Positions 26,350 through 39,823 of a stretch of DNA of 64,000 bases are shown here, piece by piece. This DNA comes from Octopus vulgaris (lineage: Eukaryota). The translations under genes and the position numbers were made by a program. Under the pieces are notes generated by a model, which was not told the DNA's origin, ran no database searches, and worked only from the letters and a program-made list of their open reading frames with translations. The stretch lies in contig OX597836.1 of assembly GCA_951406725.2 (NCBI GenBank), positions 7,254,001 to 7,318,000 of the forward strand, read 5' to 3'. Within the stretch, counting starts at the first letter, position 1. Every line of letters starts with the position of its first letter.

Positions 26350-27311
26350 TATTTCTTTATTACCCACAAGGGGCTAAACATAGAGGGGGCAAACAAGGAC
26401 AGACATAGGTATTAAGTCGATTACATCGACCCCCCAGTGCGTAACTGGTACTTAATTTATCGACCCCAAAAGGATGAAAGGCAACGTCGACCTCGGCGGA
26501 ATTTGAACTCAGAACGTAACGACAGACTAATACCTATTTCTTTATTACCCACAAGGGGCTAAACACAGAGGGGACAAACAAGGACAGACATAGGTATTAA
26601 GTCGATTACATCGAACCCAGTGCGTAACTGGTACTTAATTTATCGACCCTGAAAGGATGAAAGGCAAAGTCGACCTCGGCGGAATTTGAACTCGGAACGT
26701 AACGACAGACTAATACCTATTTCTTTATTACCCACAAGGGGCTAAACACAGAGGGGACAAACAAGGACAGACATAGGTATTAAGTCGATTACATCGACCC
26801 CAGTGCGTAACTGGTACTTAATTTATCGACCCTGAAAGGATGAAAGGCAAAGTCGACCTCGGCGGAATTTGAACTCAGAACGTAACGACAGACTAATACC
26901 TATTTCTTTATTACCCACAAGGGGCTAAACATAGAGGGGACAAACAAGGACAGACATAGGCATTAAGTCGATTACATCGACCCCAGTGCGTAACTGGTAC
27001 TTAATTTATCGACCCTGAAAGGATGAAAGGCAAAGTCGACCTCGGCGGAATTTGAACTCGGAACATAACGACAGACTAATACCTATTTCTTTATTACCCA
27101 CAAGGGGCTAAACACAGAGGGGACAAAGAAGGACAAACATAGGTATTAAGTCGATTACATCGACCCCAGTGCGTAACTGGTACTTAATTTATCAACCCCG
27201 AAAGGATGAAAGGCAAAGTCAACCTCGGCGGAATTTGAACTCGGAACATAACAACAGACGAAATACCGCTAAGCATTTCGCCCGACGTGCTAACGTTTCT
27301 GCCAGCTCGTC
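26350..27311 (-). mobile_element. SINE B concatemer: one full copy plus four head-truncated ~183-bp units inside one 16-bp TSD
   Basis: Units restart at 26346, 26531, 26714, 26897 and 27080; GTCATTGTAAGATACC flanks the array at 26334-26349 and 27312-27327. Confidence 0.93.
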
Positions 27312-27342
27312 GTCATTGTAAGATACCGGGTAAGGAATGACC

Positions 27343-27391
<49 letters not shown>

Positions 27392-27454
27392 CTTCCTTCA
27401 CCTGTTTCTGTCTTTGGTTTTCGGCTTCTTGTACAATTCCGAGCCATACATATA

Positions 27455-27820
27455 CTTTTACTCTTTTACTGGTTTCAATCATTTGACCGTGGCGATGCTG
27501 GAATGCCGCTTTTAGTCGAACAAAATCGACCCCCAGGACTTATTCTATCGGTCTGTTTTGCCGGACTGCTAAGCTACAGGGACGTAAACACACCGACATC
27601 GGTTGTCAAGTGATGTGTGGATGGGGGTGACGAACAGACACACACACACACACACATATACGACAACTTTCAGTTTCTGTCTACCAAATTCACTTACAAG
27701 GCTTTGGTCAGCCTAAGGCTATAGTAGAACACACTTGCCCAAGGTGTCATGCAGTGGGACTGAACCCAGAACCATGTGGTTGGTAAGCAAGTTACTTACC
27801 ACAAAGCCACTCTTGCACCT
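27455..27820 (-). mobile_element. SINE family A, full-length
   Basis: Reverse complement of the 34101 copy. Confidence 0.88.
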
Positions 27821-27923
27821 ATATATACATATATACACACACACATATCTGTATACACAGATATACAGATATGCACATACATACACACACATACATGTAC
27901 ACATATGCACACCATACATACAC

Positions 27924-27976
<53 letters not shown>

Positions 27977-29119
27977 CATATAAATATACATACACACCCT
28001 TATATACATACACATATGTACATATATACACACCCATATACACTTATGTACACACATACACACCCATATATACATAAACAGACATCCATACATATGTACA
28101 GACATACATATAAACTCACACATACATATATACATACATACATACTCATACATATGTACACATATACATACATGCCCATACATACATACATACATACATA
28201 TATACATACACAAACATGTAGACACAAACCTATACATACATAAACACACATCCATAAATTCATATACATACGTACACACATACATATGTGCACAGACACA
28301 TACACACCCATACATATATCCACACATGTACATCTATATATCACCAGTAAAATAGTTATTTCAGGTAGACTGTGGGAAAGGATAGGTGAGTTTTGGTGAA
28401 ACTACCGATTAGTCACAGCCGTGCCTAGCTACCTACCTATCTGCCAATCCTACGAACAACCAAAATAAATACAGCACCTGAAAAGTATTTAGGCAGGATG
28501 GCCATATATTGGTATTGACAATACATAACCCAACGTTAGTGGCATTTTGTCTGTTTTTCAGTGTGAGTACAAATTCCGCCGAGGTCAACTTTGCCTTTTA
28601 TCCTTTCGGAGTTGGTAAAGTGAGTACCAGTCGAATACTAGGGTTGATGTAATCAATTTAACCTCTCTTTTGAAAATACTGGTCCTTTGCCAAAATTTGA
28701 AACCAGTATATATTCTAACAGTCTGTTTGAATACGAAGGTCTTTGACCAGTAAAACCAGGACTTGAATACCAAAGGTAGAGTAATACGCTTTTTTAAAAA
28801 GCAGCAAAAATATCACAAAAAATCTTCAGTTTACAAATTTATTTTGTCCTTAAAGGCTGTTCATCACCTGAAATATTCATAAACTGAAATTACTTTTTTC
28901 CGTAGAAAGTTCAAGAGAAGAAGAAGTGAATTCGAGCAGGGATGTACACTGAGCCAAGACTAGAGAGCAAACAATGATCGCCTGCTGATGTTCCCAGCTT
29001 GGTGCCAGTTTCTGTGTTTGTTGCGCAGGACTCTGTCCATCACTGGAAAATTTGGAAAATTGCTTATAAACCGATTTGTTGGTAATGAGAGGCATCGGTA
29101 AACTGAACTTCCAACACTC

Positions 29120-29327
29120 TCTCTTTTACTCTTTTACTGTGGCCATGCTGAAGCACCGCCTTTAGTCGAGCAAATCGGCCCCAGTACTTATTCTTTGTAA
29201 GCCTAGTACTTATTCTATTGGTCTCTTTTGCCAAACTGTTAAGTTACGGGGATGTAAACACACCAACATCAGTTGTCAAGTGATGTTGGGGACGGGGACA
29301 CACACACACACACACACACAAACATAT

Positions 29328-29360
<33 letters not shown>

Positions 29361-29621
29361 CATAGGTGAATTGCTAAGTTACGGGGATATGAACACACCA
29401 ACATCAGTTGTCAAGCGATGGTGGCAGGACAAACACAGACACACATACATATATATAAGATGGGCTTCTTTCAGTTTCCATCTACCAAATCCACTCACAA
29501 GGCTTTGGTTGGCCTGAGGCTATAGTAGAAGACACTTGCCCAAAGTGCCACGCAATGGGACTGAACCTGGAACCATGTAGTTGGTAAGCAAGCTACTTAC
29601 CACACAGCCACTCCTGCGCCT
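29120..29621 (-). mobile_element. SINE family A with internal duplication of the AAGTTACGGGG...TTGTCAAG block
   Basis: The block is present at ~29240 and ~29376. Confidence 0.88.
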
Positions 29622-30029
29622 ATGTAATCATCTATTATGAAATGGTAAGAGTGCAACTGACCCCTGACCCCAGGTCAGAAGATATATTCTGATCCAGTCA
29701 TCAGATGAAACACAAATAAAATTTGATGAATCAGTATATATGTGTGCATATGTGTGGAGAAAGAGAGAGAGAGAGAGAGACAGGAATGTGTGTTGTGCAT
29801 GAGCGTTACATAACGAACAAAGACACACACACACACACACTGAGGAGGCAGTATTTCAAAAGATAACAGCAAAAGCTCAATTGCCCTAAAAAAAAAGCAA
29901 TAAAAAGAAAATTACTGAAACAGTGAATAATTGTGAAAAACTGTGAATAATTAACGCAGTACATTACAGAAATTAATTACTGGTTGATGTACTTAGAAGG
30001 AAACCATCCATAAATTCTATTCATACAAG

Positions 30030-30071
<42 letters not shown>

Positions 30072-30468
30072 GAGGGAGAGGAAGGGAGAGAGAGGGAGAG
30101 TAAGTTATGTGTGAAAGAAAAAGTCAAGTGTGATCCGACAGAGCCAAGATGTGATGTTAAGAATGTACTATTTGTGAAAAACCACAAAATGTAATGAAGT
30201 TAAAGAATTATCTATTTATTTACGACGAGGGTAGAACACAGTAAAAGACTGTACAATGTAATGAGGTGGGCTTGGAGGGAGTTACTTGACCAGCTAGAAA
30301 TAGCAGCCAAATCTCCTGTCATCATCTCAGGGGTCAATAAAATAAGTATCAGTTACACACTGGGGGGGTCAATGAAATCGACTATCCTCCTCTCCATAAA
30401 TCTGAGCCCTTGTGCCTATAGTAGAAAGGATTATCATCATCATCATCATCATCTCTTATTATATATAA

Positions 30469-30672
30469 AGGCAGTGAGCTGGCAGAAATGTTAGCACACC
30501 AGGCGAAATGCTACGTTCTGAGTTCAAATTCCGCCAAGGTCAACTTTGCCTTTCATCCTTTCGGGGTCGATAAATTAAGTACCACTTACGCACTGGGGTC
30601 GATGCAATCAATTTAATCCGTTTGACTGTCCTTGTTTGTCCCCCTTGTGGGCAATAAAGAAATAAGAAATAA
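30469..30672 (+). mobile_element. SINE family B monomer with AATAAAGAAATAAGAAATAAGAA tail
   Basis: Same body as the units at 26350-27311; further degenerate copies lie directly on both sides. Confidence 0.85.
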
Positions 30673-31279
30673 GAATTGTTACTGTTCCAGATGAAATGCT
30701 TAGCAACATTTCTTTTAGCTTGGATGCTGTGAGTTCAAATGCCACAGAGGTTGACACTCTACCTTTTATCCTTTTTTTTTTTTTAGGGAACAGTGAGGGG
30801 GGGATGTCAATGGAATAAATATCAGTCGAACATTAGGGTCAATGTATGCAATCAACTAGTCCCACCCCGACGCACGTCCCCCCAAATTGCCCTTGTACAT
30901 AACCAAAGAATGGATTATATGTCAGCCTGAAAAACTATGTCAAAGCAAACACTGGCGTTAATTACAGTTCCCCAGCTCGTAGGATCCAACCAAAACAGAC
31001 ATTAAACAATGATGGTCACACACACAAAACACACTGTGCTGTTAAGTGTACTTGTTAGAATGTTATCGAATGCAAGGAGTCACAAGTGATGGAGAAGAGT
31101 ACAGCGGCAGCATTAACCGGTGGAGTGTTTACCATAAAGTACATTGCCATTCTCTATAAAGCCGAGGAGCGTGTTAGGAGGTTATGCAGTATTGTGTTGG
31201 TTCTGTAACAATATATGCTCCACATTTTATCTCATAACAACAGATGGTTCCTTCTCTGCTTCACACTCTCTCTATCCCT

Positions 31280-31327
<48 letters not shown>

Positions 31328-31670
31328 TATGCATTCTTTGTATCTCTCTCTCTCTCTCTCCTTACACACAGTCTTTGTCTCTCTCTCTCTGTAGATCACA
31401 TACACATACATACACTCACACACACAATCTCTCTCAGTCGATCACACACACACACACTTTCTTTGTATCACTCTCCCTCTCATACACACACAATCTTTCT
31501 CTCTCTCACCTTCCCCTCTCTCTTTCTCCCTTCCTCTCTCTTTCTCTCTCACCACATGACACACCTACATACAGTGTCTGTATGACTGTGTCTATGTACT
31601 TACATACATGATAGCATATGTATGAGTCTACAAGCTGTTTTGTAAGTGTTTATGTTTATCTGTGTATGCG

Positions 31671-31730
<60 letters not shown>

Positions 31731-31825
31731 TCTGCTCTAAGCATTTCTGCCACAGTATAGTGTGTGTGTGTCACAGCAGGGTATATATGTGTGTGCATGT
31801 GCGCGTGTGTGTGTGTCTGTGTGTG

Positions 31826-31866
<41 letters not shown>

Positions 31867-31949
31867 CTGTGTGTATCAGCACATATGTGTATGTGACACT
31901 GGTGGTTGTATACACCCAGGCAGCTCACAGCTGAACTTCAATGTGTATA

Positions 31950-32168
31950 CGAGGGAGGTGCTGAAGAGGTCCTGGCTTTAAGAGTGTCGCAAAAGGCCTG
32001 GTTGGAGGCCCAACTGTCCAAATTCTTTTACGGGGTTTAGAAAAAACTGAAGGGCCGCTGCAATAGGTGTGTGGATCTGAGAGGGTAATATGTTGGATAA
32101 AATCATAATTAACTGATTCTCCCGTATTTTCTTTTACCCAAAGCCAGAAGATTTTCAGCAGCCCATCA
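31950..32168 (+). mobile_element. Mariner-derived MITE
   Basis: TA-CGAGGG start as in the 13025 element; imperfect TIRs (GCTGAAGAGGTCCTGGCTTT / AAAGCCAGAAGATTTTCAGC); internal remnant resembling a mariner C-terminus (KLKGRCNRCVDLRG*YVG*). Confidence 0.75.
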
Positions 32169-32439
32169 TATAAACGCACGTGCGCGTATGTGTGTGTGTG
32201 TTTGTAACCCCAGCATTGCTTGACAACCGATGTTGCAGTGTTTACGTTCCCATAACTTACCAGTTCGGCAAAAGATACTGATAGAATAAGCACTAGGCTT
32301 ACAAACAATAAGTCCTGGCGTCGATTCGTTCAACAAAAGGTGGTGCTCCAGCATGGCCACAGTCACATGACGGAAACAAGTAAAGCAATAAAAAAAAACT
32401 ATGCCATCTTAATCCCAAGCAACGCTGGGTATCTCTGCT

Positions 32440-33045
<606 letters not shown>

Positions 33046-33369
33046 ATGTGGACAAACAGATCTACAAACAAACTCCACTGTGAAATCCTATTGAAGCTGA
33101 TTGTAGAAGTCCTGCCACCCCAACACCCCCTCCATCCTTGTTCGTGTGAAGAGTTCAAACAGTTGATAGGGACCAGCTGTTTATGAAAAATTTACAACAA
33201 ATGAACTTTACTTAACATTACTAACTTAAGCTATTTCACTTATCTGAAGGAAAACAAAATGAAAAAGAAAAAGACAAGAAAAAGGATAAAATACTGCCAT
33301 GAAATAAAATCAATGTGTGATTTTTTTTTAAATATGCAAAAGTGATTCTCTCCCTTTGAAGAGTAAAAT

Positions 33370-33905
33370 TCACCAGAAGTAAATCACATGCTCAACTTTT
33401 TTAATAACTTCCTTAACTCTACGAATAAATGCATGAAATTTTTGATACAACTTGAAGGACATAATGGAAATTAATATGCTCAAGTCAAATTTTGCAACAT
33501 CACTACAGCACGAATGAAAAATGACAATGCTTAAATGGCAACCATTTTTGGCTTCACACACCCATGCTCTTTCCAAAGCTTGCACCATAACTCCCTCAAG
33601 AGTTTCAGACCCCACTTCTTTGATTTCTCTGTCGATGTTCTTCTTCAGTTGCACAAGGGTCTCTGGTCTGTTGATGTAAACCCTCTCTTTCAGGTATCCC
33701 CCACAAGGAAAAAAATCCAGGCTAGTCAAGTCTGGGGAACGTGAAGGCCAGTTGACATTGCTGTTGTGGGAGATTATTCTCTCTCCAAAGCATTGCCATA
33801 GCAACAGCGTTGTTTCTCTTGCAGTATGAGCAGTTACTCCATCTTGCTGGATCCATGTGTGAGGTCTACTTTGAATGGCCGGGCGCAAAAGGGTCTCAAT
33901 CACAG
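33370..33905 (-). pseudogene. Tc1/mariner transposase C-terminal fragment with DD41D (rosa-like) spacing
   Basis: WIQQDGVTAHTA...WPSRSPDLTSLDFF..GYLKERVY; 41 residues counted between the second D (QQD) and third D (LDFF); N-terminus absent. Confidence 0.88.
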
Positions 33906-33964
33906 ATACCTGAAAGAGAGGGTTTACATCAACAAACCAGAGACCCTTGTGCAACTGAAGAACG

Positions 33965-34008
33965 TTAATTGTCCATATATCAACACGTGTTGATATATGG
34001 ACAATTAA
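33965..34008. repeat. Perfect 44-bp palindrome with no spacer
   Basis: TTAATTGTCCATATATCAACAC|GTGTTGATATATGGACAATTAA. Confidence 0.97.
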
Positions 34009-34100
34009 GGTGGTTTTAGAGTCAGATCATGGCTGCTATTTTCAGCATGGTGGTATCTCGTAGATACCCTAATTTATAATTTTATATATATATATATATA

Positions 34101-34485
34101 GGCGCAGGAGTGGCTGTGTGGTAAGTAGCTTGCTTACCAACCACATGGTTCCGGGTTCAGTCCCACTGCGTGGCACCTTGGGCAAGTGTTTTCTACTATA
34201 GCCTCAGGCCGACCAAAGCCTTGTGAGTGGATTTGGTGGATGGAAACTGAAAGAAGCCCATCGTATATATGTATATATATGTATGTATGTGCATGTATGT
34301 TTGTGTGTCTGTGTTTGTCCCCCTAGCATTGCTTGACAACCGATGCTGGTGTGTTTATGTCCCTGTCACTTAGCAGTTCGGCAAAAGAGACCGATAAAAT
34401 AAGTACTGGGCTTGACTAAAGGTGGTGCTCCAGCATGGCCGCAGTCAAATGACTGAAACAAGTAAGAGAGTAAAAGAGTAAAAGA

Positions 34486-34488
<3 letters not shown>
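34101..34488 (+). mobile_element. SINE family A reference copy (tRNA head, CORE-like block, central microsatellite, GAGTAAAA tail)
   Basis: GGCGCAGGAGTGGCTGTGTGGT (A box), GGGTTCAGTCCC (B box), CACCTTGGGCAAGTG resembling the MIR/CORE block; about 25 copies or fragments in the window. Confidence 0.9.
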
Positions 34489-34522
<34 letters not shown>

Positions 34523-35214
34523 TATAGATATATATATAGATAGACAGACAGACAGACATGCACCACACAAGAGGCCTCTTTCACTGCCACCTACCAAATC
34601 CTCTCACAATGTGTTGATCAACCTGAGGCTAAAGTAAAAGACATTTGCCCAATGTACCATGCTGTAGAACTGAACCTGGAACCACTTGGTTGGAAAACAA
34701 ACTTTTTAAATACACAGCCATGCCTGGAAGCAGCATAATGGATATATGGGGTGCATTTAATTATGACTAAATTCTCTGAAAGCATCAAGGATAGGCTGAA
34801 ACCAAGAAATGAGCAGCCGTTCTTGTGTGTCATTTCTTTTACTTAGAAAATTATGAAAAATTCTCAAAACTTCTTAGAATTTTCCCACCTATAGGATGAT
34901 GGAAAGTTCTGGGATGGGGATGTTTACTTAGTCAAAGAAGGAAGGCCAGTATCTTACAACTTTTTTGCCAGGTTTCCAAGATTGTTGAGGAAAATTGGGA
35001 GAGCCTACATGACTCACACGTAATTTCTAAAAGCGAAGAATTTGCGCCAAGTGCTTGCACAAAAGTGGTCTTTGCAAATGGCACTGAAGAGTCAGAGGAT
35101 GATGCTGAATCAGAAGACAGACGAAGACTACTACAAAACAAAAAGTACAATCCATTCGGCAGGCTTCCACACAGTTTCCTTTTTACCAAATAATACTCAC
35201 ATGATCTGCGCTAA

Positions 35215-35836
35215 CCTTTTATCTTTGACTGTGTGGCCATGCTGGAGCACTGTCCTGAAGGGTTTAGTTAAATGATTTGAGCCCAGTACTTAGTTGCAAG
35301 TTTGATACAAAACTGCTAAATTATGGAGACATAAACGTCAGCTGTCAACCACTGGCAGAGGACAAACACAACCACATACATATATATGTGTGTATATAAG
35401 TATAAATGTATATAAGCATATATCATCATCATCATCATTTAACATCCGTTTTCCGTGCTAGCACGGGTTGGACGGTTCGACGGGGGTCTGGGAAGCCAGG
35501 ATGCTGCACCAGGCTCCAGTCTGATCTGGCAGTGTTTCTACAGCTGGATGCCCTTCCTAATGCCAACCACTCCATGAGGTGCTTTTTACGTGCCACTGGC
35601 ACAGAAGCCAGTCAAGGCAGCGCTGGCATCAGCCACATTCAGATAGTGCTTTTTACATGCCACTGACACAGGTATCACAATATCCATTTGATATTTATTT
35701 TGATGTTGATGTACTAAACTCAATAGGTCTCAAGCACAGTAGGTCACGTGCCACCGGCACAGAAGCCAGTCAAGGCAGCGCTGGCATCAGCCACATTCCG
35801 ATGGTGCTTTTTACGTGCCAAACCCCCCTACACACA

Positions 35837-35901
<65 letters not shown>

Positions 35902-36056
35902 AGCACAAAGGGCTTTCACAGTTTCCGTTAACTTCGCTCACAAGGCACTAGATGGCCTGAGGCTATAAAAGACACTTGCCCAAGGTGCTGTGTTGTGGGA
36001 CTGAACCTGAAACAGCATAGTTGCAAAGCAACGTTCTTAACCACACAGCCATGTCT
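35215..36056 (-). mobile_element. Degenerate SINE A with a family D element (35422-35820) in its central microsatellite
   Basis: SINE A 3' half at 35215-35375, 5' half at 35905-36056. Confidence 0.75.
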
Positions 36057-36755
36057 CCACTTAGCTTCATAACCACATGTCTTCTTCAACGGCCATTTTT
36101 AATTCCATGCTTACCCTCATTAAACTGAGAAAAACAATTCTGTTTGCTGCTCTGTGTTTTGTCTCGGTCTTGTATGGACATGAGAAATTTGAGAAAGGTT
36201 GATGGAAATATTTCACGAAGGAGTGAACTAATTAGTGAGAGAGGATCATTTGCAATTAATGAGAAATTAAAACAAAACTAACACAACCAACCATTTACCA
36301 TCATTAAACAATGATATTGAAATACTCGTTACTGTCTGTAGAACTAGATTAATTTATGTGCTAATAACAAACCTCTCTCTCTATACATTTGTGTGCACAT
36401 ACATATATATATTTACATGGCTGTGTGATATGAAGTTTAGTTCCTTGTTATATGATTCCAGGTTCAGTTTCACTGCGAAGCACCTTGGACAAGTGCCTTC
36501 CTACTATAGCCCCCAGTGTGAGCAGATATGGTAAACAGAAACTGAAAGAAGCCCATCATAAATGTGTGTGTGTGTAGGTGTATGTGTGTGCACCCTTGTC
36601 TTGATATCATGTGATTGTTGTAAACAAACATCACTTTCATACAAGCAGGGTTGTTCATTTCCAGTCTTTCCCTGAAAAATATGTCCAGCTATAAGGAAAC
36701 ATTACTTTGCTTGAAAATAAACACACACACACACACATATATATATATACCTTAT

Positions 36756-36802
<47 letters not shown>

Positions 36803-36878
36803 TACATCCACAACACAAACACACATAAACACACACATCATCATCGTTTAACGTTCGTTTTCCATGCTGGCATGGGTT

Positions 36879-36917
<39 letters not shown>

Positions 36918-37159
36918 TATATATATACACACACACATATATACATACATACACAGCACAAACACACACACACATATACCTTATTCACACACACACACAT
37001 ATATACACATATATATACACACACAAAAAAATACACATACAAACATACATAAGTACATAACCATATATGTGAGTGTTGATACATATGTACTCACACACAC
37101 ACACAGAGATGGGTGGGTAGGTAGGTAGGTAGGTAGGTAGATGGATAGATAGGTAAATG

Positions 37160-37209
<50 letters not shown>

Positions 37210-37583
37210 AAGAAAGAAAGATAGAGACTAAGGCTCAGAGAAACAGAGAGAAATGGGTCATCATTTGAAGACAACCGGAGATTGACCATTGAAAATGTAG
37301 CATGAATCAAGCATGTGCGTAGCGTAATGGCCAAGAATATGGAAGATTGGCTAATTAGTCGGGTGTATAGATGAAGAAAAAACTAACCTATATTTCCTGT
37401 TCAGCTTACTCATTAAGGTTAATTTTCCAGAAATAGACATTTTTTAAGAGGTGAAAACAGTGGAAGAGATACGTTATCAACATCACAAAAAGTCATGGCT
37501 GGTGATTCTATATCCACGACAAGTATTTCAATCTATTCTCATGGGAAGGATAATTAATTTGATTTCAATAAATGGACACAGTC

Positions 37584-37757
37584 GCAGGCATGGTGGTGCG
37601 GTAAGGAGCTTGCTTCCCAACCACACGGTCTTGGGTTCAGTCCCACCGTGTGGCACCTTGCGCAAGTGTCCTGTACAATATATAGTATTGGGCTGACCAA
37701 AGCCTTGGGAGTGGATCTGGTAGACAGAGACTGAAAGAAGCCCATTGTGTATGTATG

Positions 37758-37808
<51 letters not shown>

Positions 37809-37852
37809 CATATATATATACATATATATAAGTGTGTGTGAGTATATATATA

Positions 37853-37906
<54 letters not shown>

Positions 37907-38040
37907 TTGTGTGTCTGTGTTTGTCCTCCAACTGTTGCTTGACAACTGATGTTAGTGTGTTTATGTCCCTGTAACTTAGCAGTTTAGCAAAAGACACCAA
38001 TAGAATAAGTACAAGGCTTACAAAGAATAAGTCTTGGAGT
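37584..38040 (+). mobile_element. SINE family A
   Basis: Matches the 34101 copy; followed by a family D tail (38058-38242) and a MITE B remnant (38246-38434). Confidence 0.85.
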
Positions 38041-38198
38041 CTGCTATGGCCTCTACTGGATGGTGGTTGGCATTAGGAAGGGCATCCAGCTGCAAAAACC
38101 ATGCCAAAACAAACACAGAAGCCTGGTGCAGTCTTCTGCCTGGTCAGCTCCTGCCAAACTGCCCAACCCATGCCAGCATGGAAGACAGATGTTTATGG

Positions 38199-38230
<32 letters not shown>

Positions 38231-38444
38231 GTGGTGATGATGAATACTCTGTCAAACGTTAAGCTTATTTATCCACATTGCTTTGAATTATTCATGCATT
38301 ATATCTTATAGCTTTGAGATTTCGATGATGTGATTGTTTATTTTTAGACTGACATTGTAGAGTAGGTGTGAGAGGCAGTATCTGGCCAGTAATAATGGGG
38401 CCAGGAACGGGCAGTTTTAATGCTGAAGGGTTAAACAAAACACA

Positions 38445-38978
38445 CACTGGAGCTTCTATTTGGTAACTGGATCTGATAGAAGTGACAGCCAATTCTTCCT
38501 CAGATCGCACCCCAAAGTCTTATGTATGCAAGTATGTATGAGTCAATGCAAGAGGTCCATAATTGGTAACTAGACTTACTAAAAATAACAGCCAAGTTTC
38601 CCTCAAACCACACTCTACTGTTTTGTGTATCCTTATATGTATATGTGAGTCATTGAGGGAACTAAATTCGATAGACATAGCAACTAAATCTCCCTAAAAA
38701 CACACCTTACTGACAGGTGTATGCATGAGTCAATGAGGGAGACCTCTATGGTAGTGAGATTTGCTAGAAATAGCAGTCAAATCTCCCTCATATCAAACGT
38801 TCCCTTCTCAGGTATCTATGTATGAGTCAACAAACGTCTCTACATAGTGGCTAGACTTAATAGAAATAGCAGCTAATGGTCCCTCAAATCAATACTGTCT
38901 TTTTTTATCTATATACAAGTCAATGAGAGAGTGATCTACATGACAGCTAGACTTGATAAAAACACAGCTAAATCTCTT
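38445..38978. repeat. Diverged ~80-107-bp tandem array (5-6 units) of the TGAGTCA...GCTAGAAATAGCAGCCAAATCTCCCTCA module
   Basis: TGAGTCA at 38539, 38646, 38726 and 38823, each followed by the same module. Confidence 0.8.
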
Positions 38979-39047
38979 TTGCTGAGCCGTTCAGTTACAA
39001 GGATGTAAACGCACCAACACTGGCTGTCAAGTGGGGGTGGGGGACAA

Positions 39048-39080
<33 letters not shown>

Positions 39081-39477
39081 CGTGATGGGCTTCTTTCAGT
39101 TTCCATCTATCAAATCTACTCACAAAGCTTTGGTCGGCCCAAGGCTATAGTAGAAGACATTTGCCCAAGGTGCCACGCAGTGGGACTGAACCCAGAACCA
39201 TGTGGTTGGGAAGCAAATATGTACACACACTAAGGTATATACCAGTGTAGGATGGTAAAACATTAGTGCACAGAATGAAAATACCTAATGGTACTTTAAT
39301 CCATGTTAGGTACCTCGCTTGAAACAGTCCCCTGAAAAGCCTTACAAAATTTGAGAGAGGAAGACTGAGCAGAACCCTATCAAATACGTGTGTGTGTGTG
39401 TGTGTGTGTGTGTTTGCATTTGTGTGTATGTACACATATGTGTATGTGTATATGTATGCATGCACATACACATAGAA

Positions 39478-39823
39478 AAGAGTAAAGACCCCCTTCGGTC
39501 ATGAATGACCATGGGATTGCACCTAGAAAGTTCCCCTCCGAGGCACAAGTCTGGGCAAGGCTGTTTATAGAAGAGCAGTAGTCGCCCATGCATACCAGCC
39601 TCCCCTCTCTCCACGCCACCGATGTTATCCAAGGGAAAGGCAAAGGCCGATACAGCTTGGCACCAGTGATGTCGCAACTCATTTCTACAGCTGAGTGAAC
39701 TGGAGCAATGTGAAATAAAGTGTCTTGCTCAAGAACACAACACGCAGCCCAGTCCCAGAATCGAACACACAACCTCAGGATTGTAAGCCTGATGCTCTAA
39801 CCATTGAGCCACGCATCTTCACA
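39478..39823 (-). mobile_element. tRNA-headed CORE-like SINE with a distinct 3' tail
   Basis: Minus strand TGGCTCAATGG, GTGTTCGATTCT, GTGTTCTTGAGCAAGACACTTTATTTCAC; tail CCGAAGGGGGTCTTTAC also seen near 19100. Confidence 0.82.

Noticed and set aside
26346-27262. CRISPR array or tandem RNA gene cluster
   Set aside because: Units are near-identical SINE B bodies with no unique spacers, flanked by one TSD.
28895-29110. Possible exon after the TTTTTCCGTAG acceptor
   Set aside because: All three + frames stop within about 20 codons and the minus-strand ORF has no recognisable motif.
34101-34175. Functional tRNA genes at SINE heads (also 6030-6100, 7190-7260, 39750-39823, 43640-43710, 60351-60420)
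   Set aside because: A and B boxes are present but no complete cloverleaf forms, and each continues into a multicopy SINE body.
37255-37340. EDNRRLTIENVA, resembling a mariner helix-turn-helix segment
   Set aside because: Only about 12 residues followed by a stop; no TIR or further motifs.
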